Positions 39,672 to 49,718 of a DNA stretch of 64,000 nt are shown here, one piece after another. The notes under the pieces were generated by a model. That model was not told where the DNA came from. It was given only the letters and a program-made list of their open reading frames with translations, and did not search any database. The position numbers were made by a program, and so were the translations under genes. Source of the stretch: Escherichia phage OSYSP; sequence record MF402939. One strand, written 5' to 3'. How positions within the stretch are numbered: position 1 is the stretch's first letter; each line of letters begins with the position of its first letter.

Positions 39672-41048
39672 TTAAGATGCAGCGTAAGCACCAGATACAA
39701 CGCCATTTGCAAAGTAACGTTGCAGGTTAACACGCTGAGTAACGTAGTATGCGTCACGCTGTTTACCAGCTTGGCGCTCACGTTCAACAGTAACAGCACG
39801 CTGGCGTGGCATTACGAAGTTATCTTTATAAACAATAACTGCGAACTCTGCGGAAGTAGCTTTAGCTGGGAAGTATTCTGAAACTACAACCGGCAGACCA
39901 TAAATACGACCAACCTGACCCTGCAGTTTAACAGCATCATTACCAACTTGGGCAACATCCTGCCATTCTTCATCTTCCAGCAGATCGTAGTAAGCATCCA
40001 TAGATACAATCAGTACCAGTTTGGACAGTTTCAGACCATGGCGGCCCAGTTTACGACGCAGTTTAGAGATAGTTTTAGCAGTTACCAGTACGGAACCATC
40101 AGCTTTAGCTTCAGTAATAACTTTAGCACTATCTTCACTAGCAAGAGTCAGCAGACCTTTCGGCTTACCGGAACCATCACCAGTCATGAAGGCTTCTTCA
40201 ATAGAAACAGCGTGTGCTTCAATCAGACGCTTACGAAGCAGTGGCAGCAGGGAGAAGATTGCATCTTCTTCAGTTTCATCAGTAATGAAGGATTTAGCAG
40301 CCAGTTTGTAAGTACTGAAGTGGATCTCTTTAAGAGCTCCTTTAACTTCCTCACCAGTAGTTGTATCGGTACCATAAGTAGAAGCAGCAACCCAAGTAGC
40401 TTTACCAGCATCCGGTTCAACCAGCATAGTAAGAATCTTACTGGACATCGGCAGTTCTTCGAACAGTGCGCCAACTACCAGCTCTTTCTGCAGGTCACGG
40501 ATAATACGCTGAGAGAAAATAGTTTCATAGCTTTCACTAGAAACTTCTACAGAAGAAGACTGATTCACTGCTTTCAGGTGTCTCTGACCATGCTCGGTCT
40601 CGAATACGCCTTTTTCCATTACATAAGATAACAGAACCAGTTTTTCAACTTCATCTTCAAAGTTTTCCTGAGTACCGTACAGTGCTTTAGCAACACTATC
40701 ACCAACGAAGGAACGACCTTCACGAGCTGTTAGCAGAGATTTGATTTCGTCTTGAAGACCGACAATAGTTTCCTGTTGTTTTTCTACAGTTTGTGCAAAC
40801 AGTTCTGCGCTCTTCTTAGATTTCTCATCCAGAGACTTAACCAGATCCAGAGCCTCTTCCAGACGCTTACGGTCTTCACCAACAGCTTTAGAAACCAGGT
40901 CATTCATACGAGCCAGTTCTTTTTCTTCCTGCTCTTTACGCATACGTTCAGCTTCCTGAGCTTTCTGAGCAGCGGTCAGACCTTCCAGAGATTTAGCCAG
41001 ATCACCCAGACCAAGTTCTTCTTTCAGCTTATTAATATCAATAGTCAT
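39672..41048 (-). CDS. Major capsid protein (pb8-like, 458 aa) with N-terminal coiled-coil scaffold (delta) domain
   Basis: Length; charged coiled-coil N-terminal ~150 aa; downstream of prohead protease. Confidence 0.85.
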   Translation of the reverse strand: MTIDINKLKEELGLGDLAKSLEGLTAAQKAQEAERMRKEQEEKELARMNDLVSKAVGEDRKRLEEALDLVKSLDEKSKKSAELFAQTVEKQQETIVGLQDEIKSLLTAREGRSFVGDSVAKALYGTQENFEDEVEKLVLLSYVMEKGVFETEHGQRHLKAVNQSSSVEVSSESYETIFSQRIIRDLQKELVVGALFEELPMSSKILTMLVEPDAGKATWVAASTYGTDTTTGEEVKGALKEIHFSTYKLAAKSFITDETEEDAIFSLLPLLRKRLIEAHAVSIEEAFMTGDGSGKPKGLLTLASEDSAKVITEAKADGSVLVTAKTISKLRRKLGRHGLKLSKLVLIVSMDAYYDLLEDEEWQDVAQVGNDAVKLQGQVGRIYGLPVVVSEYFPAKATSAEFAVIVYKDNFVMPRQRAVTVERERQAGKQRDAYYVTQRVNLQRYFANGVVSGAYAAS

Positions 41049-41065
41049 TTTTAAATAATTCTCCG

Positions 41066-41698
41066 TTATTCTTTAACGTAGCCTAAAGCTATCGCAAGTT
41101 TTTCTAGTTCAGAAAGATTACGTTCTTGAGCTGGGACAGCTTTAGAACTTATTGCAGTAAAAGATTTACGCCATTCAGTATAATCATGACCATTCATGCT
41201 CTTAGCGAGATTGAATGTTGAGTCCTGATTACAAGGTACAGAAACTACCGAAACTTCGTATAGTTCTAAATCTTTAATAATAAATATATCAGTAGCTTCA
41301 TCCCACTCTGCATCTAGGCAGCGGAATCCGATACTAAAAGTTTTCAGTACACCGTTTTTAATTAGTGAAAAGATAGCCGGGTCAGAACTTTCATAGATCT
41401 CGCATTCGATTTCGAGACCCATTTCAGTAGGGTTAAGATCAATACACTTACCGATTGGACGACGATGATCGTGTCCGAAAAGAATAATCGGGTTTTTCAT
41501 ATAGTTAGTAAGTGCATTAGATGTTTTCCACGCAGAAGCAGGAATTACATCACCAGCGCGATCTTTACTAATTGTATTAGCGAATCCACGGATTTTTACA
41601 ACGCCCTCTTTGGATTCGCTATCAATAGATTTAATATAAGCATCTAAATGAACGGGTGCTGATTTTAACTTGTTATAGTCAATAGCAGCTTGTGTCAT
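41066..41698 (-). CDS. Prohead maturation protease (210 aa)
   Basis: Size and position between decoration and capsid genes. Confidence 0.65.
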   Translation of the reverse strand: MTQAAIDYNKLKSAPVHLDAYIKSIDSESKEGVVKIRGFANTISKDRAGDVIPASAWKTSNALTNYMKNPIILFGHDHRRPIGKCIDLNPTEMGLEIECEIYESSDPAIFSLIKNGVLKTFSIGFRCLDAEWDEATDIFIIKDLELYEVSVVSVPCNQDSTFNLAKSMNGHDYTEWRKSFTAISSKAVPAQERNLSELEKLAIALGYVKE

Positions 41699-41701
41699 TT
41701 A

Positions 41702-42196
41702 TTAGCCTCCAGGAACAGTAGGATTAACTGTCACAGCACATGCAGTAGAATCCTTACTTACTTGCTTACTATCTGTTACAGTTACTTTATAAGAACCGGC
41801 ATCCCCAGCTGCTGCTGTAGGCTTAGTATAGGTAGCTCCTGAAGCATCCGGAATAGGAGAACCATCTTTAGTCCATGCATAAGTATATGGACCAGTACCA
41901 CCAGTTGCAGTAACAGAAAGTGTTAATGCTGCTCCCTCTTCAACTGACATGCTAGCAGTTAAATCTTTAGAAAGAGTTAACGGTGGGGCCGGTGGAGTAG
42001 GAGGAACTGCTTTACCATAAGCCTCTACAAATTTCTTCCATACTTTACGGTTAGTATGCGCAGATGAAAGCCCTAGTTCTCTACGCAGAAAAGCATAGCT
42101 AGGAACATATTTATGCGCAGCAACCGTAGCAAAGAAGATATGAGATTCTGGCAGTTTTTCACCAAAAATGGTCTTTAGACCATTATAATCAATCAT
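41702..42196 (-). CDS. Capsid decoration protein with C-terminal Ig-like domain (pb10-like, 164 aa)
   Basis: Ig-like motif (GPYTYAW ... GSYKVTVTD); size. Confidence 0.65.
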   Translation of the reverse strand: MIDYNGLKTIFGEKLPESHIFFATVAAHKYVPSYAFLRRELGLSSAHTNRKVWKKFVEAYGKAVPPTPPAPPLTLSKDLTASMSVEEGAALTLSVTATGGTGPYTYAWTKDGSPIPDASGATYTKPTAAAGDAGSYKVTVTDSKQVSKDSTACAVTVNPTVPGG

Positions 42197-43410
42197 TCTT
42201 TATCTCCCTCGGTGGAACCTTGAGGTCTACCACCTTCTTGACCAGATACACCTGTTGCAGAACCAGCAACGTTAGCAGGAATACGAATCCTATCCATCTG
42301 CTCATCATCTAAAGGTTCCAGGTTCAGCTCTAAACGAGCTTCGTTACCAGTCATAATACCATTATTAACCAATGAGGTTAAATGTTTAGCCTCAGCTTCT
42401 TTATCTGGTGTTAATGCAGCTACCTCCTTAGTATTAGGGGTAATCTTATAACCAAAAAAGAAAGTAAGAGAACTAGTCAGTTTGTTCAGCATAGGAATGA
42501 TAGTCATATAATAGAACAATTCGATGTTTGGTCGAATATTCGCATTATTACCACCATCAAGCAGTACTTGCGGAACTCCAAAGGCTAGACAAATAGATTT
42601 ATTAAATCCTTCGATGTCTTCCTTAAAGTCTAGATCTTTAAAAGAGGATATTTGGGAGTACGGTTTAGCTTTCATACCACCATCTAGAATCAGGACAGAA
42701 GACTGACCAGTACTAGGATTATAATCGAGTTGTAATTCTTCTTGTTTACGCTCACGCAATTTCTTGTTCAGGATTTCATCCGTCTCAAGAATAAGACCAA
42801 TCACGGTTCCATTATCTAGGAATTTCTCTTTAAAGTTAAGCATCTTGGAACGCTTCTCAAGAGAATCAATAACAGTAGCAACACGAGATTGTCCAGAAAT
42901 TTGAGAATTTGTGCCGCACACGTAACTGTTATCCTTTATAAAGATAATCTCATCTACGCGATAGTCTATCTGATTATTAAATATAAATTTTTTGATAAAC
43001 TTATTGGCATCTGCCTCGACCTGCATAAGAGCAGCCGGGACATGGTAAAGCGATGTGCCATCCCAATAGATGTATGCACAACCTTCAAAAAGTAGGTCAG
43101 TGACTACAAGTCTACGGAATGTGCTTATATCCATGAATGGATTAGGTCGTACATTTAAGAGAGTGTCTAGAGTCTTTGTTTTGACGCCATTAGCGTACGT
43201 AACAATATTATATTTATCTCCGACAGTATAAGAACACTCCGCCGCACTATCTATAACCATATTGGCAGTTCGATTGAGAATCTCAATCTTGCTATAGGCT
43301 TGTCCAGTGGTAAAAGGCTTACGGTTAGTGCGATGACTAACTGGTTCCATGTCTCTTATAATACGTTGACCCGGATTTAACTTTTCAGTAATCCAGCTTT
43401 TTAAACCCAT
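42193..43410 (-). CDS. Portal protein (405 aa)
   Basis: Size and position between terminase and protease. Confidence 0.75.
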   Translation of the reverse strand: MGLKSWITEKLNPGQRIIRDMEPVSHRTNRKPFTTGQAYSKIEILNRTANMVIDSAAECSYTVGDKYNIVTYANGVKTKTLDTLLNVRPNPFMDISTFRRLVVTDLLFEGCAYIYWDGTSLYHVPAALMQVEADANKFIKKFIFNNQIDYRVDEIIFIKDNSYVCGTNSQISGQSRVATVIDSLEKRSKMLNFKEKFLDNGTVIGLILETDEILNKKLRERKQEELQLDYNPSTGQSSVLILDGGMKAKPYSQISSFKDLDFKEDIEGFNKSICLAFGVPQVLLDGGNNANIRPNIELFYYMTIIPMLNKLTSSLTFFFGYKITPNTKEVAALTPDKEAEAKHLTSLVNNGIMTGNEARLELNLEPLDDEQMDRIRIPANVAGSATGVSGQEGGRPQGSTEGDKE

Positions 43411-43847
43411 TATAAGAACCTTGCGAATCCTGATTTTATTTCAGTCTTGACTTGTGTCTTTTCTTGAGGATTCTGTAATTTGTCTTTCTGCTTTTGAACC
43501 CATGCTTTCTGTTTATTAGCAGAAAATAATGGAGGTTCTTTCGTGTAAACCTTATGTAATAGTTGGTGATGGTGTACACAAAGGGTAACAGTGTCTTCTA
43601 CTAGCTCATGCCTATATCGATCATAGAATGCCGTCCTATTTGAAAGGACTGTTTCTTCGTCAGTGAAATCCAATTGGAGTTCTTTAGCAAATTTTTTAAC
43701 TAGTAGAGACACCGTATGGTAATGATGAAGCTCTAATTCTTCAGCACAACCGCAGATAGCACATTGAGAGTCTTTTTTATATTGACTTTTTATTCCGTCT
43801 CTCATAAGGGATATAGCATCGCGTTTATATTTTATATTGCTTGCCAT
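43410..43847 (-). CDS. HNH-type endonuclease / zinc-binding protein; start taken at the ATG preceded by GAGGAG
   Basis: CAICGC ... HHYH ... CVHHHQLLH motif pattern. Confidence 0.55.
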   Translation of the reverse strand: MASNIKYKRDAISLMRDGIKSQYKKDSQCAICGCAEELELHHYHTVSLLVKKFAKELQLDFTDEETVLSNRTAFYDRYRHELVEDTVTLCVHHHQLLHKVYTKEPPLFSANKQKAWVQKQKDKLQNPQEKTQVKTEIKSGFARFL

Positions 43848-43961
43848 AGTGTTCTCCTCAACTGTATGAATATAGTATACATAATCGTATCGAATTTGTA
43901 AAGGGGATTTTAAAATACAGGAATGGGATACCAACTGAGTAGTATCCCATCCTATACTTAT

Positions 43962-45278
43962 TTATTTACCACGGGAAATAGAGTAAATTCCATAGCGGAG
44001 CGCATCACAAAGGTGAGAGTTAGCATCATGACGTGGTTTTTCACGTGATAATTTCTCTTCACCTTCTTGGAAGTCCCACTTATAGTTCTGCAATGCATGA
44101 ATTAGGGAGGAACATGAGGCATCTACAATAATCTTGCCCTGCTGAAATAACGCTTGCAAACATGCTAGGCCATCTAGAACAGATTTTTTAGCTGGAGCTG
44201 ATGCAATTTCATGCTCATAAGCTAAGTCCTGGCGGAACTGAGCAGCGGCAGAGTCAACAAAAATACGATCAACTTTATAACGATCTATACAGTGCTGAAT
44301 ATAAGCAGCATGCTGAGCTGTAGTTTTCTCCACCTGCTGGTACTCTTCTAATACATAGTAAGTATCCGTATCGTAATGATATTTAATAGTAAGAACTGCT
44401 GTAGGATCACGATAACCAACGTCAATACCAAGCAACGTTTCGAATGCTTCATCATCTTTAAAGAAGTGGCGCATACCTTTGAGGTCTTTAACATGATCGA
44501 TAGCATTAAAAGTATCAAAGATCTGGCCTTCAAATACAGAGAAGTCAGCCTCGTATTCCTGGCGGAAGTAGTTTTTACTAACTGTACGACGTGCTTCCTC
44601 AATGTCATTCAAATCAGCACGTGGGTTATCACGATATGTACCATGAATAGATACCCAGTTAGGCAACGTATCATCAAATCCGTAGGCGTAAAACTCTTTA
44701 AACCAGTTACCCCCACGAGGGGTGGAAATAAATAGAGCCTTAGAATTAGGTTTATCTAGAGTAGGACGCAGCTGAACCCTGAAGGCATCACCACCCACAT
44801 CGGAAATTGCCGCCTCGTCAAAGATGATAAAATCATATGAACGTCCAACTGCGGAGTCAGCCTGAGCCGCGGAAGCTAGTTTAAATAGGGAACCATTTGC
44901 CAGTTCAATCTCTTTATCTTTAGCGTTTTCACGTTCGGTTTGTAGGCCGTACTTCTTAATAAGACCACGAATCTGAGACCACCCGATATTGGCCAGTGAG
45001 TAGTTAGGGGCAACTACTAGTACCTTCACATTAGGTTCCAGCAATTTTAGGAACCCAAGAGTATATGCGATGAAGGATTTACCTACACGGCGTGATACAC
45101 ACGCCGTTACAAAACGATGTCTAGGGTCCTCTAGAGCATTAATAATCGCTATTTGAGGGCCATTAGGTGTAATACCCTCTTGTGCTAGTATTCCCGAAAC
45201 AGGTAGACGGAAGAAACGTTTGTCTATTCCGAAATCAATAACATCTACTGTGTTAACGTAGGGTCTTGATACTTCCAT
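43962..45278 (-). CDS. Terminase large subunit (438 aa)
   Basis: Walker A-like RRVGKS near the N-terminus; size; position. Confidence 0.85.
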   Translation of the reverse strand: MEVSRPYVNTVDVIDFGIDKRFFRLPVSGILAQEGITPNGPQIAIINALEDPRHRFVTACVSRRVGKSFIAYTLGFLKLLEPNVKVLVVAPNYSLANIGWSQIRGLIKKYGLQTERENAKDKEIELANGSLFKLASAAQADSAVGRSYDFIIFDEAAISDVGGDAFRVQLRPTLDKPNSKALFISTPRGGNWFKEFYAYGFDDTLPNWVSIHGTYRDNPRADLNDIEEARRTVSKNYFRQEYEADFSVFEGQIFDTFNAIDHVKDLKGMRHFFKDDEAFETLLGIDVGYRDPTAVLTIKYHYDTDTYYVLEEYQQVEKTTAQHAAYIQHCIDRYKVDRIFVDSAAAQFRQDLAYEHEIASAPAKKSVLDGLACLQALFQQGKIIVDASCSSLIHALQNYKWDFQEGEEKLSREKPRHDANSHLCDALRYGIYSISRGK

Positions 45279-45760
45279 TACTTCTTACCTCCAGTAGCTA
45301 GGGAAGTAATTAAGTCCATGTAGTTTTGATCCCCAGCTCCAGCAATAATATTATTCTGGATGTTGGTCTGATTGGCTGGAGTACGGGCTGCTGCCTTCAC
45401 TTTCTCCAGTTCTACCATCATTTTCATTTCTTCCATCTTCATCTTGTGTGCCTTCCAGAGAATGTTCATAATATCCTGGTCAGAACCCATGCCGGTTTCT
45501 TCTAGTTCCTCCAGCTTACGCTTGATAACTTCATCCAGAACACCAAATAAACGATCCCTATTACGGAAACCACTCTCCATAAAAATATCATTTAAGTAGT
45601 TCTTAACTTCACTACGATTCATAATATCTCGGAAAGCAATTTCTGACATTCCAAGACTACGTGCGGCAGAAGGCACATCGCTGCCACACTGTAAATAAGC
45701 TTCAATCACATCCATCCCCTCAGGGGACATAAGATCTGGTACTAATACATCATTTGCCAT
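45278..45760 (-). CDS. Terminase small subunit (160 aa)
   Basis: Position immediately upstream of and coupled to the large subunit gene. Confidence 0.6.
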   Translation of the reverse strand: MANDVLVPDLMSPEGMDVIEAYLQCGSDVPSAARSLGMSEIAFRDIMNRSEVKNYLNDIFMESGFRNRDRLFGVLDEVIKRKLEELEETGMGSDQDIMNILWKAHKMKMEEMKMMVELEKVKAAARTPANQTNIQNNIIAGAGDQNYMDLITSLATGGKK

Positions 45761-45770
45761 ATTTCCTCCT

Positions 45771-47558
45771 TTAGGTAAGGCGTTGAACTGTTACTCTTAA
45801 TCTCGGTAGGAAAATAGCTGCAGCCTCATCAGCGTGAATAATTACGCCCAATTCAGCATTACCATTTCCTAGATTTTTAATAGTATAAATATATCCGTTT
45901 CTTCTAAATGTTAACTCATCAGGTCTACTTGCCCAAGTTTGAGTATAGCTGTATGCAGTAGTGGAGTGATAAGGGACTAAGTATCCAGGAGGTAAGGTTA
46001 ATATTTGATGGAATATTCCATCACCTTCCGTGTAACTATGCTGTCTTCTTCCTTGTACTTGCCAAGCAACACCACCATATGTGCGTATAGCTCCTCCTGC
46101 GGTATTAATATTCCCCATGATAACTTCAGTAGTTAATATTACTGTTGCGTTAGCGTTAGGCAATCCTAATCCTATGGTGGCCAAAGCTCTATAGTAGTTA
46201 CCTGCTCCAGGATATGTTGGAGTTATATCATCGCCAACGTAAGTGCTAGCAACATTATTAGGAAATAGTCTTAAGGGTACAGTACTAGGACTCCACACAG
46301 CTCCATGCTCATTACCTATAGTGTTATTACTTGAGTTTACGTACCATTGCTTACCCGCTCCGAATTTGTAAATACTAATTTGAGACTTAGCCCCTCCATA
46401 ATCTACGGGAGACCATAAAGATCCATTACTAGATCCTACAATTTCACAGCGCGCAGTAGTATCCCCGAAGGCTCCAGTGTACGCTGCGTTATTTCCAATG
46501 TACTCCATATCTGGCCTATAGCCTAAGTTACCAAAAGCATTTTGGTTGATAAACTTATATCCAGTATTTGGTAAACTAACCCCTTTTATAGTAAAATTAG
46601 ATGGAGTTATAAGTATATCTGACCCAGTAAATGGATTACCGGATACGCCCATATTACCATTAGAGTACCTTAGATTAAGTACATACCAAATAACTTTGGT
46701 AGGTGTAATATTATAACCATCCTGCACATATACTTTCTTAGCGGCCTGTGCTGCTAGATTAGATGTTGAACCTTTACATATATAAACCTTATCAGGGTAA
46801 GTAGGAGATTGGTACAATAAGTTAACATTATCGGGTACTGTGCCTTTTTTACCTACGTAACTTCGTATATTAGAGTTACAAACGTAAAAACAATTATGCC
46901 CTCTATGGGCGGCCCCTATAGGAGCTTGCCAGTTAGGATGCCAGTAGTCAGCATTACCACCGTCTATAGGTACTGTAGACGCTCCCGCTGGAAATCCTGC
47001 TAAAGTCCATGCCCTACCTATAGCCTCACCAGCATATGCTCCTCCCGGCCTATATAAATTAAACCCGGAGGCTTGAGATATAGTACCTCCTGTACCTTGC
47101 CTAGCAATTGATTCTTCATGGCCTAAACCAGAGTTATAAATATAGGTGCCATGTGCTAAACTATTACCTGATGCAAAAGCTGACGTAAGACCTACTTCTG
47201 CACCTGCCCTACCAATAGGCGGATCTTCAAAAAATGTAGTAAATTGACCAACTTGAGATTGAGTACCATTAAGAAAAGCCCTATGAGTACCATTAATCTC
47301 AATAGCAGTTAGTATAACTCTACCTGGGTCATTGGATTTAATATTTATTATGTCAGAAGGCATCTGACATACAAAAAACCCATTTCCGGCATTACCTAGC
47401 CCAGCCTCGTAAGTACCATCAACTAGGACAAATGGCATATCACTATGAAAAATACTATTGGCATTTGGACTATAGTGACGATTAATGTCACCCCCAGATT
47501 CAGTATTTAAAGATAGTACGGTCTTACCATCGCTATACTTTCCAGCGAAAAAACCCAT
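45771..47558 (-). CDS. Receptor-binding protein (pb5/Oad-like, 595 aa)
   Basis: Position after terminase and divergent to the lipoprotein gene, as in T5-like phages; Gly/Asn/Tyr-rich. Confidence 0.65.
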   Translation of the reverse strand: MGFFAGKYSDGKTVLSLNTESGGDINRHYSPNANSIFHSDMPFVLVDGTYEAGLGNAGNGFFVCQMPSDIINIKSNDPGRVILTAIEINGTHRAFLNGTQSQVGQFTTFFEDPPIGRAGAEVGLTSAFASGNSLAHGTYIYNSGLGHEESIARQGTGGTISQASGFNLYRPGGAYAGEAIGRAWTLAGFPAGASTVPIDGGNADYWHPNWQAPIGAAHRGHNCFYVCNSNIRSYVGKKGTVPDNVNLLYQSPTYPDKVYICKGSTSNLAAQAAKKVYVQDGYNITPTKVIWYVLNLRYSNGNMGVSGNPFTGSDILITPSNFTIKGVSLPNTGYKFINQNAFGNLGYRPDMEYIGNNAAYTGAFGDTTARCEIVGSSNGSLWSPVDYGGAKSQISIYKFGAGKQWYVNSSNNTIGNEHGAVWSPSTVPLRLFPNNVASTYVGDDITPTYPGAGNYYRALATIGLGLPNANATVILTTEVIMGNINTAGGAIRTYGGVAWQVQGRRQHSYTEGDGIFHQILTLPPGYLVPYHSTTAYSYTQTWASRPDELTFRRNGYIYTIKNLGNGNAELGVIIHADEAAAIFLPRLRVTVQRLT

Positions 47559-47583
47559 ATAATCTCCTATTATAAAAATGTAT

Positions 47584-47625
47584 TTGCTTTTATCCCTCTA
47601 TTTTGCTATAATAGACTCATAAATT
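47584..47625 (+). promoter_or_regulatory. Strong early-type promoter for the lipoprotein gene
   Basis: TTGCTT - 17 bp - TATAAT followed by CATAAATTAGAAATGGAGAG leader. Confidence 0.65.
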
Positions 47626-47643
47626 AGAAATGGAGAGATAAAT

Positions 47644-47910
47644 ATGAAAAAGTTTGTGATTGCACTAGTTGCCGCAGTTATGTTGTCTGGTTGTGCACCT
47701 GCCCCCAAACCATTTTGTACGGGATTTGTAAAATCTTTTGGCGGTGCGGGAGAGGAGCATTACGGCCTCAAGGTTCAAAAAGTTCGTATTAAGGGAGATC
47801 GCTTTCCAGTAGTACAGCTCCGTACTAAGTTTGGGTGGTGGGATCTCAGTCAGTTTGACCTTAAATACGGTGATTGTAAATTTAAACTAGAGCAATCTAA
47901 CTACCTGTAA
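47644..47910 (+). CDS. llp: Lytic-conversion lipoprotein (Llp-like receptor-blocking lipoprotein, 88 aa)
   Basis: Signal peptide with lipobox LSGC; divergent from the receptor-binding protein gene. Confidence 0.75.
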   Translation: MKKFVIALVAAVMLSGCAPAPKPFCTGFVKSFGGAGEEHYGLKVQKVRIKGDRFPVVQLRTKFGWWDLSQFDLKYGDCKFKLEQSNYL

Positions 47911-48023
47911 TTAGTATAAAGCAAAAAGACATCCAAGTAAACTAAATTTTTTATTTCTTGGACGGTATACTGGCAGAAACCACTATATAAGAAAAGTAGA
48001 AGTCCTTCTAGGAAGTCGCAAGC

Positions 48024-48215
48024 ATGGTTGGTTATGCACAAACTATAAAATATTTTAAATACCACACTTATAGGAGCATGAAAGATATGTCAAACAAAAG
48101 AAAGAGTAGGCGCGGAGAAGTGTACGATAGTTGGATTAATAGTTTTGGATTCGGAACTATCCTATTCTTTATTTTCGTAGGTTTTTGGTTAGCAGCTATG
48201 GCGGGGTGGATTTAA
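48024..48215 (+). CDS. Small membrane protein with C-terminal transmembrane helix
   Basis: ORF track; hydrophobic C-terminus (ILFFIFVGFWLAAMAGW). Confidence 0.45.
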   Translation: MVGYAQTIKYFKYHTYRSMKDMSNKRKSRRGEVYDSWINSFGFGTILFFIFVGFWLAAMAGWI

Positions 48216-48322
48216 TGGAATGGGTAATTATTGCGTTGCTAGGGATTGTGATTATTGGGCAATGTATTTTAGATAATCACTTAGCTAGAATTGAAACTTT
48301 ACTAACGGAGAAACGTAAATGA
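48215..48322 (+). CDS. Unannotated micro-ORF (about 35 aa, MEWVIIALLGIVIIGQCIL...), single transmembrane helix
   Basis: Hand translation; start overlaps the previous stop (TAATG) and its stop overlaps the next start (ATGA). Confidence 0.35.
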   Translation: MEWVIIALLGIVIIGQCILDNHLARIETLLTEKRK

Positions 48323-48513
48323 TGGAAGTAGTAGCTACACTAATAGTAATACTAGTCTGGGCAACTTTCATTGTTTCTTATAACGCGTATGTTCGCCTAA
48401 AAACTCTAGAGGCCCAGGTAAAGCAGCAACAATTTGCACTAGAAAAATTAGTAGAGCTTCAACGCTGTGATAGTACCCGTATTCTGCAAATTGAGAGGGA
48501 ATTAGATGTTTAG
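48319..48513 (+). CDS. Small membrane protein (transmembrane helix plus coiled coil)
   Basis: ORF track; hydrophobic N-terminus. Confidence 0.45.
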   Translation: MMEVVATLIVILVWATFIVSYNAYVRLKTLEAQVKQQQFALEKLVELQRCDSTRILQIERELDV

Positions 48514-48751
48514 TATTATAATTGCTTTTATTATCGGGATACTCACGGGAGTTTTCGGAATGACTGCGGCAATCAACAAGCATCGTAAATATATTGCGGA
48601 AGTATCGCGGGAGATTGCGGAAAGGGAGCGGAAGTTTGATGAGAAACGTGCGGAGTTCGAACGAGAGTGGTCGGACGGTTCTCGGGCGTCGCGGAAGAGA
48701 TTCCGTGAGTTCAGACCAGAATACAGGTTTGATGACCCTTCTATGCGCTAA
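48506..48751 (+). CDS. Small membrane protein (N-terminal transmembrane helix, charged Arg/Glu-rich tail)
   Basis: ORF track. Confidence 0.45.
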   Translation: MFSIIIAFIIGILTGVFGMTAAINKHRKYIAEVSREIAERERKFDEKRAEFEREWSDGSRASRKRFREFRPEYRFDDPSMR

Positions 48752-48854
48752 TTTGACTTTTGCCAATTTCTTTGGATTACGTACGCGTGGGTGTGTCCAG
48801 TGGCCCCCCAGATGAGAATGAGTCTCATTACCGCCTGGTACTTAGCAGGCTAAT

Positions 48855-48887
48855 AGTCCCGGCATGTTATCATTACACACCGGGACT
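48855..48887. other. Stem-loop (AGTCCCGG ... CCGGGACT) next to the ATGAGAATGAGTCTCAT and TTAGCAGGCTAA motifs
   Basis: Inverted repeat read from the sequence. Confidence 0.4.
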
Positions 48888-48903
48888 ATTTCAACTTTAA
48901 TTA

Positions 48904-49680
48904 CTACGCAACTTTTAATTTCTCAATATATTGTTGCGGGCTGCAACTATATTCTGCGCGTTCTTCTTCGGTCATACCTTCCCAACATAATTGCAGGCGG
49001 TCGGCTAGGAACTGATAATCATTATCATCCTCAAGAGATTCATCGATAAAGGTTTCACCTATCAATGTAACCCCAATCGATAGAATATCGTTAACGGCTT
49101 GTGCGTCCAGCGTTTTAAATCCGTATGATGCCGCCGCTGATAGCACGCCTTTATGATCATCAATCATCGTGAAATCAGCGTTCGGATATAATTGTTTAAA
49201 TAACTCAAAGTAATGGCTTTTATAAATAGCGTCTTTGCTGTGGTATATTTCGCTAACTTTATCAGCCTCAAAATATTTGTGTAGTGTATCGCGGGAAAAT
49301 ACACGGATATTACTATCCCCACGCCCTCGCAATCCTTGTTTACGCAAATAATAATAATCCGACTTGCTCATCAGTCGAGCGGTGCAAATAATGTTTAATG
49401 TATTTGCGTCATTCATGCACTGGCGCATATATGTAACAAGGGGCAATAAAGTATCTTGCATTATTAAATCATGTTTGCAGGCTTCATTTTTATACTTATT
49501 TAAATCTAAATTGCCCTCGCTATCAAAGCAAGGCGCTACACGATGGAAAGAATTAATGATAGTGCCGTCCAGATCCCAAATCATGACGCGGGAAATATGC
49601 GGGAAATTACGGGTAATATTCATTTTAACTTGATTCATTTTGTTACGTTCTCCATTAAAGGGATTTAGTTTATCCAGCAT
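48904..49680 (-). CDS. dmp: HAD-family 5'-deoxyribonucleotidase (Dmp-like); true start possibly at 49638
   Basis: HAD motif I (IWDLDGTI); position next to the A1-like gene. Confidence 0.6.
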   Translation of the reverse strand: MLDKLNPFNGERNKMNQVKMNITRNFPHISRVMIWDLDGTIINSFHRVAPCFDSEGNLDLNKYKNEACKHDLIMQDTLLPLVTYMRQCMNDANTLNIICTARLMSKSDYYYLRKQGLRGRGDSNIRVFSRDTLHKYFEADKVSEIYHSKDAIYKSHYFELFKQLYPNADFTMIDDHKGVLSAAASYGFKTLDAQAVNDILSIGVTLIGETFIDESLEDDNDYQFLADRLQLCWEGMTEEERAEYSCSPQQYIEKLKVA

Positions 49681-49718
49681 TGCCCGCTATTTATCAGCGG
49701 GCAATAATAAATCAACTA

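Noticed and set aside
39948-40631. Plus-strand ORFs antisense to the major capsid gene (39948..40631, 40021..40311, 40752..41054)
   Set aside because: Antisense to a strongly supported structural gene; Phe/Ser-rich low-complexity products.
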